NCBI GenBank assembly: GCA_002269645.1
Contig: NIVC01003130.1
Span: 1-64,000, forward strand
From: Macrostomum lignano
Lineage: Eukaryota
DNA length: 64,000 nt
Direction: 5' to 3'
Of the stretch, positions 44,361 to 57,871 are shown in pieces (the stretch's first letter is position 1; each line of letters starts with the position of its first letter). The position numbers and the translations under genes are program-made. The notes below the pieces were generated by a model. It was not told where the DNA came from. It saw only the letters and a list, made by a program, of their open reading frames with translations, and did not search any database.

Positions 44361-47300
44361 TCAACCGGTGCTGGTGATGCGGCGCTGCTGGGCCAGATTG
44401 TTGAGCATCTTCTCACGCTCGGCCTGCACCTCGCTGAGCGACAGTCGCCGACTACGCAGACGGGCTGTCAGGCTCTTGATGACGTCGAAGGCGAAATCGA
44501 CGTCTTTCTGTTCGGCGTGCGAGGTGCACACGAAGCGCAGGTAGTAGGTTGGCGGGTTGCCCGTCTCGGCCGCATTCAGGTGGATTCGTCCGTCGTCGCA
44601 GATCAGATTGTACAGCAGAGCGTTCACCGCGTCCGTGTCCTGGAGTAGTGGAATAGGCTGGTTGAGTCTTAATTGCTGGGATTGGGTCGAGCCAGATCGC
44701 AACTATAGTTTGAGATCAGCCTCAAAAGGTCAAGTTTGATAAGAACATGCTCTTTCATGTTTACTGATTGCTCAGACCAATGCCAATCCAACGGAGGTGC
44801 AATTGAGAGCAAAACTTACTCTTCAGTAAGCATTAGACGCGCCACTTACTAAAACTCCGGAGCCTGCGGACGAGCCATCTGGTCTGATGGGAAGCTGAAA
44901 GCGTGCGTGTGAGTTTTCGCTATAATGCTCATCTGGACCACTATAGTTAATAGCAGTAGTAAATCTAGTCTTAGTAGTCCTTGCACTGTGACTATTCAGT
45001 GCTGAAAAAAAGCTCTAATTACGTGTAGATGAATGGAAGATATTGGTACTTGTGTTCGCAGTTGCTACGACTACAGTAATTTGAAGATTTGCTACCCGCG
45101 TAAATGTATATGATTTATGCTCTATGAGCGTAGTTCTAATGTTTGCTAAAACCTTTCAAAGCTCAATTCCTGAGCGCATTGATTCAGCCTCACCTTCACC
45201 CGAAAAGTCACCAAGCCGAGACTCTTGGTCAGCACCTCGAACTCGGGGTCGGCACCCATTCTCTCTGCGAAATGGTCGGCCATCTGGACATGATGTCGCA
45301 GCGACTTGCGAAGGCCCTGCAGGCCCATGCTGCGCAGGACGAACCAGATTTTCAGGGCGCGAAATCGACGACCTAGCGGAATTTCCCAGTGCCGATAGTC
45401 TGGGATGCCCTGCTCCTTGAAGATCTTCATCAGCTTTAGCCCCGACAGCAGGTCCTCCTGTTATGTTGATGAGAATGCCCCTAGATTATATACTCAGAAA
45501 AAACAATGGCTAATCCCACACCCCAGTAAAAGTAACGGGCTTTTTGTGCTAAAGCCCGTGGTGCTAAAGACCCTGGTGCTGGCGCCCCTGATGCTAAAGA
45601 CCCTTGTGCTGACGTCCCTAGTGCTAAAGACCCGGGTGCTAAAGCCCCTGGTGCTAAAGCCCCTGGGCCACTAAAAACCCTGGCTAACCCCAACCTGTTG
45701 AACTACAAGTCTAAGCTAAAGGGTCCAAACTCTCACCTTCAAACCGTCGAACAAATCTTCCACGCATCGCAGGAACAGTGCGGAGCAGTCAAAGTTGACG
45801 TGCATCATTTTGTGCGGATTGAAGTTGAAAGAATCGGCGTATTCAATGCCACGCATCAGCGGTCGGTACTCTGGGCAGAATAGGAAAGCTCCGGCGTACG
45901 CAGCGTCGATGTGGAGCCAGATGCGCTCGGACATGCCTGTAAATAATTGATTAATGGCGCGGAATCGATAAGATGAGGCTCTCTACGAAAATTAACCTAC
46001 AGGAATATGTCTCTCTGCATAACAATTAGAAAATCTTCTGTTGATATATTTCTTGTGCTAAAATGGCTTCTTACTCACGTAAAAATCTGAAATGTATTCA
46101 ATTTTTATTAGCTCTACTCACAGACAGGTCCAATCTCCTCAACTGGGTCAAAGTCACAGCTGCTGGTGGTTCCAAAGCTGCCGCACACCTGGGCGGTGGT
46201 CATTAAAAAGTTACAGTAAAAAAAGCGAAACAAAAAGTGTTTTGTTTTCGCAACACAGATTGTAAACACGCAATACTACTATCAAAGTAAAAGAGTAGTG
46301 TGCTCAGGTAGATATCTTGTTAGGCCAGTTTTCTGTGGCAATGAATGTCAAGAACTCGTGAGGTACATGCAGATTTCTTTGTTGCTAAAAATAGAAACCC
46401 CAAAATTGTTTGCATTAGTAGCCACATGCGAAACATGGTTTGGGAAAAGTTCCTGTATGAATCATAGTCTGTTGATTAAAGCTTTTTGTAACTGTTCGCA
46501 ATGTCATGAGTGCTATGAATCAAAACTGAATTTGAGCTGACGACAATCGAGCGCATGTATTTTTAGGTGTTCCCATGACGAAAGAATAATAAATAGACTT
46601 CAATTTTGCAAAAGCTTTTTGCTAAAAGACAGTTCTATCTCTGAAACTCAACTGCAGCCATGGGCAGCTCCGTTTTCTCAGTGGGTGGCAAGCCTTGACC
46701 AAGAAATGCAAAGAGAGCTTAAGAAGAGTGTGAAAGCTAAATACGTCAAGAGCCTTTCAGCCTTGGACATTAAAGGTACATTGGGAAGGGCAGAGGGGAC
46801 TGCTTTAAGCTCGGAGACTATCATGGATCAGCTGAAAAGCGTGGCACTTGAGAATGCTAAGCCGACCTGGCCTAAATACGTCAAGAGCCTTTCAGCCTTG
46901 GACATTAAAGGTACATTGGGAAGGGCAGAGGGGACTGCTTTGAGCTCGGAGACTATCATGGATCAGCTGAAAAAGCGTGGCACTTGAGAATGCTAAGCCG
47001 ACCTGGCAGTCATGACGAACCCTGAGACTCGGACTCTGTTTGAGGCCCACCCCTGCAGCCTCTGAGACTCGGACTCTGTTTGAGGCCCACCCCTGCAGCC
47101 TCGGAGCGCCAGAGCTGAGTCTGCGCGAGAACGAGTTGTGAGCTCACTGTCTAGTGAAAACAGGACTCAGGCGCCTTCTTTGGCTGTCTGGGAGAAAGGA
47201 CGGGGAGAGAGAAAATAGAGGAGGGGGACGAGTACCGCCGCCAGGGTAAGAGCAAACATTGCATTAGGCAAACAGTGCGTCATTTCAGAGACGGAGAGAG

Positions 47301-49348
47301 AGAGAGAGAGAGAGAGCTGTGTTGTCTGTCTCCTAGACGACTGCTTTCTAAGCAATATCGCTGCATGCAGCAGAACAACAGAAGACGTCATTGGGGGCAC
47401 TCTGTTTGAGATAAGCCCATCAGACATGTGCTTTTTTCTGTCACTAAAGTAGATGAGAATAGTCAAAGTATGCTCAATCCATTATGTCTGAATTATGTCC
47501 CGAATGGTAAAGTATTAAAAGAACATTCACGCTGCTTTAAAAACTGACTAATTAATTTTGTTTAAAAAGGGACGACGAAGGTTATTCTGAACACTGAAGA
47601 GTGGAAATTGAATGATTTAGATGGACCTCATTATTCTTTCAGCACTAAGTACGTCAGATAAGCATAAACCAGGCTAGTTTAGTTAAGAAATCGTGGTTAA
47701 TTATTCCTGTTCAGAATATTTTTTTCGTAAATATCAATAATATTCTTGTCATTTTTGGTGGTTTCTAAACAGACTGCAATCATGTTTACCCACTCACGAA
47801 GAAGGGAATTCGTCCCTTGGCCTTGTCCTCTTCCACAGCTTGGACAAATTCCTTTCGATTTAGCGAAGTTCGACCTTCCGGCAGATGCAGGCGACGAATC
47901 TCGATGCCAATGAAAGAGGCGTTTCGAACGATCATGGAGTGCGTCTGCGATGGAGATGAGGGGATTGATGGGTCAGTTTTATTCCAACTCCGTCGATTGA
48001 CCGATTTCGACCGTAATTAGGAAGAAAATCTAGATAATATTTTACCTGATCGGTTGAGTAGCAAACGAGTCTGGAGAAGGCATCGAAATATCCGGATTCC
48101 GGATGCTCCTTCAGCCAGTCTTTGATAGCCCGCTCTCGAGCGGCCAGCATGCAGGTGAGAGTCGACTCAGTCGCAGTTCCGTGTATGACGGCACCGCCTG
48201 TTTCCGAGGTGGACAAGAAGTGACTCGGCAGGTCCATGGCCTTCACCATCCAGTCGCAGACGATGACCTCAAGCTCCGTGGCAGCTGGACTGGCGATCCA
48301 GGAGAAGCCTACGCAGCCGATGGCTGACGAGAGCAGATCGCCAAGGATTGATGGATAGGAGTTCAACGACGGATAGTAGGCGTGAAAGTTTGGGTGGTTC
48401 CAGTGGGTGATCTGCGGTGGATCGTGTAGTTGAAATTGGTTTTTTTGAGTTGAGTTTACAATTTTGCATGTTTTAAACATCGGTCGCTAGAACATTTGTT
48501 TTGCTTTGGTGTCTTTGGAACACAGTTTTTGAAGTTAAGTAAACTTCATGCAAAAATGTTTTGACAATGATTTAGTTTCTTCTATCCGTCACATATTTGC
48601 AGGATTTGTCATGTTGATAAGGACAACCCGAGGCACAGAGTTCGCACATATCAGACGACGAGAACAATAACGACTGAAGTACTTTTTTGTCTAGGGATTA
48701 GAAAAATGGCAATAGCTTCTTGTCTTCTTAGTGGCTGCGGGTCTCCCTATAAGCGTCAGTACACTAAAGCCCCTGCGAAAAAAAACTGACAAAAATATGA
48801 GACAAAGAATAGATGCAATCCTTAAGTTTGGAAACAACAAGCCATGGTTTGCTTCTGCGAGGAGGCCCACAACCAAGCAAACTATTTTGAAGACGTTGGA
48901 GAATACAAAAGTAGCCTTGAATAACGCACCCCGGGCATGATCTTGGACTCTACGTCCTCCATCACTTTTTCGAAGTCTTCGGGCCGCTCTGGCGCGGCGC
49001 CTGGCAGCAGATCGCGCAGGTAGCCCGGCTGCACATTGGCAGTACGGGCCGATCGCCAATGTTCTCCAAGTAGTCAGCCACGTAGTCCACCATCTGCTTG
49101 CCGACGCGCCGAAAAGTCGCCGTGTCCATGCCGCGCTTGATGTCCACCTTGACGTCGTTTTCCTCGCCTCCGTTTTCGTCCGCCGTCGGATCCGGCAGCG
49201 CGGCTTTGGCAGACTCGGCGGAGTCCAGACCTAGGGCGGCCATGGAGTGCGACAGGCCGTTCTGACTGCCGTTCACATTGCCGTTCTGGCTGACGGCAGC
49301 AGCAGCAGCAGCCTCTTTCTGTTGGTTTTGGTTGGAAACAGATGTCAT
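44361..49348 (-). CDS. Group II PLP-dependent aromatic-L-amino-acid decarboxylase-like (DDC/TDC/HDC family), 7 exons, ~580 aa after correcting a 1-nt deletion in exon 1
   Basis: Exons: 48930-49348, 48046-48411, 47798-47944, 46122-46188 (67 bp), 45737-45936, 45194-45457, 44361-44639. Motifs: MDTATFRRVGKQMVDYVADY, MPG|ITHW, HAYYP, SPAATELE, GTTS, HIDAAYAG, NPHK (PLP lysine), DYRHWEIPLGRRFR. Frameshift near 49037. Confidence 0.9.
45547..45680. repeat. 15-bp minisatellite (CCTGGTGCTAAAGCC-like) in intron 5 of the decarboxylase gene
   Basis: About 8 degenerate units. Confidence 0.85.
46737..47102 (+). repeat. Local tandem duplications in decarboxylase intron 3: a 135-bp unit x2 (46737-47007) and a ~40-bp unit x2 (47021-47102)
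   Basis: AAATACGTCAAGAGCCTTTCAGCC...GCCGACCTGGC occurs twice with period 135; CTGAGACTCGGACTCTGTTTGAGGCCCACCCCTGCAGCCT occurs twice. Confidence 0.93.
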
Positions 49349-50989
49349 TACAGGGAAACTTCCGGCTTCAAGCAACTTGATTCTTTAGTACTCAGAATTT
49401 TGTAAAAAGTAGACAATTTAGCTGAGTGAGTCAATACCTACCAAAAGGTGCGAAAGTTGGGCCTTATATATGATGAGTCGTGCCCCCGAATCCTACCATC
49501 CCACCCACTCAAAGAAGGAGCTCAATTCCATTCGCAGAGAATTGTTTGCTTGTTACTGCGCGAATGCGTTGGGTCGCTGTGAAGGTTAAACAAAATTTGA
49601 CACCGAGAGGTCGCAGGGCGGCTATCAATTTTTTGAAATGCTTGGCAGCAAAAAGACAACCCGGCTCATATTTCAGCGCTTAGAGATGTTTGCATACTTT
49701 ATTCAAGATGCGAGTAGTTTGTGCTCCCTCTTGAAGATGTATTGTTTTTTAATTTTCTTTTGTTTTCTTAGCATACGCAAATATCTATATGAGCTACTTT
49801 GGGTGAAGAATGATTTTATTAAATCTGAAATCCGGCTTTCACCAACTTACCTTCATCTTGGAATACATAGTCAAACTTAAAATTAAACTACCAAAGTCTG
49901 TGTTAAAAAATCTTGTTCAGTTGAAACCTTTTCCCTGCGATGCTGTCGGAACTCTGATGCGTCTGTTCTCTGACGGACTTCGCGATCAAGTCTATTTAAA
50001 CTAGTCTCATAACCCGACCGTCTCTCTTTCTCAAGCCACTTGGTCACAGGGGCTCCTGTCCGATTGCTTTGCGAAAGAATGAAGCCTGGTCGGAGCTCGC
50101 TTGAAGAGAGAGAGGGAAATATACACAAAAAAGTTTGACGTATTTGACTAAGAAGGACTCGGCTTCCAAAGCCCACGTATTTGGACTTATAAGACTGATG
50201 ACTAGAAACCCAAGAAGGTACGTTACTTCAAGTGGTTACAGAGTAAACTGCTAAATACACACGATCAGATGGCCCAAGAGCAGTTCAAACAGAGTAAACT
50301 GATTCTTCCCAGAGTACTGGCTGCCTCTATACCGGGTGCTCCGCCCCATCTGTGTGTAGAGTTCTCAGAACACAGTAAAGTGGCATCCATTAACAAGCAC
50401 TACAGCCTGATGCCTGCTCTTCTCAAGTACGGGTATTATGCGTTACTAAACCGATTCCCATGAAACTAAATCAAGCAAGTTGCTTCATCTTGACACCCAC
50501 TCATACTTATCTTGTCTCGGTGTCATCAACACATTTCTTTTGCCAAATTTGGTATCTATTTTTGCTATCGTGAAAACTAGTGGATGTCGCCTCCGTGGAT
50601 TGGGGAGCTGTCATGTCAGTTGCTTTTGGTGTAATTTACAATATTCTTAGTATATTTTCTTTTTAAAACATGAGTTCGAGCAGGATTTCTTTTTTGACGA
50701 ACGTAAAGCAATGAATACAGTGGAAAATAATGAGGCATGTAACATGGGTCTGCGCCGTGTCAGTTTGTGTCGAATGATGATGATCGAGCTTTTCGGATCT
50801 CGGTGCAGGCACCATTTATCCTAAATTTCTGGGATCCTATCCTAGTTGTAAGAATGTGACTGGGGCTACTTAAACTCTAGGCAAAGTTTTTATCTGCCTA
50901 CGGTTGCTACATGTACGAGCACCGTACGAGCAACTCGTATATTATAGCATTTTCCAAGCCAGTCGATCCTAAGAACAAGCAATGATAGT

Positions 50990-51790
50990 TTGTGTCTATG
51001 GCATTGTATTAGTTCGATTGTGTCTGTGGCTCTGTATTAGTTAGATTGTATCTAAGGCATTGTATTAGTTAGTTTGTGTCTATAGCTTTGTAAGTTAGAT
51101 TGTGTATATGTCTTTGCATTAGTTAGATTGTGTCTGTGGCTTTGTATTAGTAAGATTGCGGATTTGCGTCTATGGCTTTGTATTAATTAGTTAGATTGTG
51201 TCTGTGGCTTTGTATTACTTAGATTGTGTCTATGGCATTGTATTAGTTAGATTGTATCTATGGCTTTGTATTAGTTAGATTGTGTCTATGGCATTGTATT
51301 AGTTAGATTGTGTCTATGGCATTGTATTAGTTAGATTGTGTCTATAGCATTGTATTAGATAGATTGTGTCTATGGCTTTGTATTAGTTAGATTGTGTATA
51401 CGGCTTTGTATTAGTTAGATTGTGTATATGGCTTTGTATTAGTTAGATTGAGCCTGTGGCTTTGTATTAGTTCGATTGTGTTTGTGGCTCTGTATTAGTT
51501 AGATTGTATTTAAGGCATTGTATTAGTTCGATTGTGTCTGTGGCTTTGTATTAGTTAGATTGTGTCTGTGGCTTTGTATTAGTTAGATTGTGTCTGTGGC
51601 TTTGTATTAGTTAGATTGTGTCTATGGCATTGTATTAGTTAGATTGTGTCTATGGCTTTGTATTAATTAGTTAGATTGTGTTTATGGCTTTGCATTAGTT
51701 AGATTGTATCTATGGCTTTGCAATAATTAGTTAGATTGTGTATATGGCTTTGTATTAGTTAGATTGTGTCATTAGTTTTGCATTAGTTAG
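50990..51790 (+). repeat. 28-bp minisatellite (GTATTAGTTAGATTGTGTCTATGGCTTT)n, ~28 copies
   Basis: Direct reading; period 28. Confidence 0.97.
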
Positions 51791-52180
51791 ACAATGCTAG
51801 CTCGTAGATTGCGTCCTATGCTTTTGGAGCTCGAGTGACTAAAATCAACAATTTTTCATCTATAAAAAATCATATGCACAAGCACAATGTTTCACAAATG
51901 TGTTTTAGTTAGCTTAAATAAAGATTTCGGAGCGAGCTAGTGTGGGGCAAGCTCATACTGACTCCTTTGATTAGTAAGAGCTAAAGTGGACATGCACCGA
52001 CATCAACCCATGCTAACTTCAATTTGATCAATACAAAGTATAATACTCGTATGTAAGGCACAATCAACTCCAATGCTGGATATTAAGTTACATTAGTGGC
52101 TGTGTCAGTCTGAAATGTGTCTATCAAATGAATCAATGAATCAAGGGAACAGTAAGAGTACCACGTACTCGTCACAAAAA

Positions 52181-53917
<1,737 letters not shown>

Positions 53918-54589
53918 CAAGCTCTAATGCTTTATACACCAAAGGGGGCAAAAGAATAAGTAATTAGTGCTATAAGTGCTATATGATACCAGTAAGACGG
54001 CAAGTGAGCCACCTGTGTAGAACCCGTACAGTGGTGAAACCTTAAGCCAGTACAAAAAAGCAATTAGTCCCAGCAAGCGTGCGGGTGTGAGTTATGAAAT
54101 ACGGAGGCAGCAATTCATAAGCAAATGCCAGCCTGCGCTGTTAGTGAAACCTTCTGCGCAGCAACGCAAAAACAAATCTAATTCGTACACAGGAGAGACT
54201 AAAGGCACCATTGTAAGTCGTTATGGTTGCTTTGCATATTACAATTTAAGCCTGCGAGGCAAATAATTTAGTAACGCAAAATCAACAAGTGATTTTTGCA
54301 TATACTGCCAGAAGACAGGGTGAGAGAGAACCTGATTCGCACACTCCTGCGTTTACTATAACAGTTTGAAAAGGGCCCAATAAACAGGAAAGCATTGACA
54401 AGATTCCAAGGTCATGAACAAATTCAATCCACGTTACGCTAGATCAATTACAGCTTTTAGCCACCTTCAATAATAGCAATTAACAATTTCTTATGCTGAT
54501 TATTATTTAGTGGCAAAAAAATTTGATCACTGGTTGTCCAAGTTCAAACTTGAAAAACTCAAAGTCACATTCTCTTCTTTCTTTTACTA

Positions 54590-55320
54590 TCTCTCTTACT
54601 CTCTCACTCTCCCTCTCACTCCCCTCCACCCTCTCTCACTCTCCCAGCCGCCCTCTCTTCCTCCCTCTCTCCCTCTCTCACTCTCCCAGCCCCTCTCTTC
54701 CTCCCTCTCTCCCTCTCTCACTCTCTCACTCTCCCTCTCTCCCTCTCTCACTCTCTCACTCTCCCTCTCTCACTCTCTCCCTCTCTCACTCTCTCCCTCT
54801 CTCAATCTCCCAGCCCCTCTCTTCTTCCCTCTCTCCCTCTCTCACTCTCTCCCTCTCTCACTCTCTCCCTCTCTCACTCTCTCTCTCTCCCTCTCTCACT
54901 CTCTCCCTCTCTCACTCTCTCCCTCTCTCATTCTCTCACTCTCCCTCTCTCACTCTCTCCCTCTCTCACTCTCTCCATCTCTCACTCTCCCAGCCCCTCT
55001 CGTCCTCCCTCTCTCCCTTCTCCATCTCTCACTCTCCCACTCTATCTCTCTCTAACTCTCGCACCCTCTCTCACCGTCCCTCGCTCTCCCTCTCACTCTA
55101 TCCCGTCACTCTCTCCCTCTTCCTTTTGACTCTCTTCCCCTCCCACTCTCACTCTCCCAGCCTCTCTTTCTCCCTCTCCCTAACCCCACTCTCCCTCTCT
55201 CTTCCCCCACTCTTCCTCTCTCTTCCCCCACTCTCCCTCTCCCTAACCCCACTCTCCCTCTCCCTAACCCCACTCTCCCTCTATCTTCCCCCACACTCCC
55301 TCTCCCATCCCTTTCACTCT
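54590..55320 (+). repeat. Polypyrimidine CT-rich low-complexity repeat (CTCTCTCACTCTCTCC-like)
   Basis: Direct reading; source of the SLSLSHS pseudo-ORFs. Confidence 0.96.
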
Positions 55321-55969
55321 CTAAGCTCCAGTTTTCCTTCTGTGCCAGGAAGAATTCCTAAGCTCACCTTAGTTTAACAACTGGGAGCTGAATGCACAGA
55401 GCGAGTTCAGCTATTTTCCCACCTTGAAACAACACAGTGGTAGTGAGTAACTGTCAAGTGACGGGGTCTGTTTGGAAAATCCTACCTGGGTTTCATTTAT
55501 TCTCTTTGCTCACTCGCAATTGCATACAGAATCTATTAGAGTCTGCCTGCCTGCCATGACTACGATTCTAGTTGCTATAACAACTTCCCTTAGTAACCAA
55601 GCCGATTCTGCTGTAGCGTAGAGAGGTGAGAATAATTGCAGAGGCCGGGAAAGAGAATATGGAATTCTGAATATGAAAGCAGACTCTGTCACACATCTCC
55701 ATGTACAGGCGAGCCAAGCACACAGCGGGCAAACAAAGCTCTTAGCTAAATGTATTCGTGAATTTAATTGCTAAGGCTGGCTGCAGAAATCCGGCTGCTC
55801 TTTTATCAATTTTTTGCGTAACTGGCTGCCTCGTAACGGCCAGAACAAACAGAGATCGACTGTCAGATAGTGAATGATTCCTGCAGTTAATGCCGCTGGG
55901 TTTATTAGAAACCAGCAGCATTAACCTGACTGCCTCAGTGAGCTGCCGGCCTTGCTGTATTCGCTACGG

Positions 55970-56222
<253 letters not shown>

Positions 56223-57431
56223 TAATATTTCTGCTAGCTTACCATTGGAGAAATTGAATTAAAAACTTTCAAGGCCTGATCTTTTCCTGAACTTAAATGT
56301 TTGCTTTTTTGAAACTAAAGAACGACTTGGACTAATGCAGCCAAAAGTACAAAAGTGAAATCGCTCAGTTTAGAAGCCAGTTAGCAAAGAGAACAAATTT
56401 TTTCTTAAGGTCATTTTCGCCCCAATTCAAATAATTATAATTAGTTTATTTGCTCATTTCTTAATTTTACAAAGGAGCTATGATAAAGTATAATATAGAA
56501 ATTGATTTGCATAATTTGAATCTATAACAACAAAAAATTATTATTTTGGGCCATCATGATGTGGATTGGCAGTTTTTAGCGTATTGCACAGCTGCTTATT
56601 GCGTCACTTTTTGTCAACTGGTGCACGTTGTATATATAGTGTTTATAAAATATAATAGGTTTATTGATAAGAATAATAACAAAGGATATTGCAGGTTTTG
56701 CAGGCTATTGAATAGAAGCTTCTGTCTGTTAAGGCGACTTGTTGTTCAGTACGGGGCAGCTGGGTATATCTGAAGCACAGCTTGATTTCTATTTTGATAA
56801 TAATCTAGCTCAAAAACAATTGTTGGCAAGCCTAACAAAGACTATATATCGGTATAATTTTATCACTAGGGTGGTGGCTGAGAATATAGCAAAAAATTTT
56901 AAATTGAAAAAACCTGCAAAATTGACAAAGCGACAGGCAGAACACCAAAAAAGCGAAGTTTTTACGCAAAATTCCAAATAAGTTATTTTAGAGAGAAAAA
57001 TTTGTTCGGATAAATTATTGATTTGGTTAGAAAATCAGATTCCCAAATAAGAGCTGGACTTGATTAAATTTTAGTCGCAAAGCAGTTAAACAAAACATCG
57101 ATATAACAAAACTGCGAACTAAAATCAAGCACGAATTTGAGGGCTCGCGGACACGGTTTTGGTTAAAAAACAAGACAAAGACAACTATTTTGACCAGAGT
57201 TCATTGCCTTTGATTATTAAGGCCTATATATTTTTGCTTTTAGTGACTAAAAATTAGTAAACAATTGATAAATATGCTTTATGCTTGAAGAGTTGCTGTT
57301 TATGCAAAGTCAATAAATATTATTCAAGCGAACCTTGTGAAACAGAGCTTGATCGGCGGGGCTGAGGGGCAGGCTGAACTGAGAGAGCCAGAGGCATAAC
57401 TAACCAGATTAGAAATAGTTGCTACGGGGAT

Positions 57432-57871
57432 TCATTCCCGCTCCACCACCTGTCCACCGGGGCTCATCTCCTTCACCTCCTGGGCGTCCTGCACCAGCGC
57501 GCACAGCGGGCAGCAGAGGTGCACGAAGAAGTCGCCAATGAAGCTGCCGTTGATGCCCTGCTTCTCGCGGATCTTGCCGCGGACGATGGCGCCAACGCAG
57601 GGTGAAACGAACAGGAAGGCCAGGCCGCACAGAACGCAGCTGTCTCCGACGGCCTCGGCGTTCTTGCCGAAGGTGTAGCAGGGCACGAAGTAGGTGATGA
57701 TGCACAGGCCTGACCGAATGTGGAATCATAGAATTTTGGCAATAAATTGAGTTACTATTTCAAAGTTTGAACTTTTCAATTTTACAACATTTTACAAAGG
57801 TCTAAGACTCGGACTTAAGTCTCACCGCAGTCATCGAAACATCCACAGAGTCCGTGCTTGAAGTCCGCCAT
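57432..57871 (-). CDS. PLAC8/cornifelin-family cysteine-rich protein; exons 57826-57871 and 57432-57709, 107 aa
   Basis: MADFKHGLCGCFDDC-G|LCIITYFVPCYTFGKNAEAVG...RGKIREKQGINGSFIGDFFVHLCCPLCALVQDAQEV. Phase-1 GT-AG intron 57710-57825; PLAC8 motifs GLCGCFDD, CPCxxF-like and CCPLCALxQ. Confidence 0.93.

Noticed and set aside
50194-50212. CTGATGA...GAAA hammerhead-like core (also near 26143 on the minus strand and 60423)
   Set aside because: No adequate stem II, or missing GAAA and flanking stems I/III.
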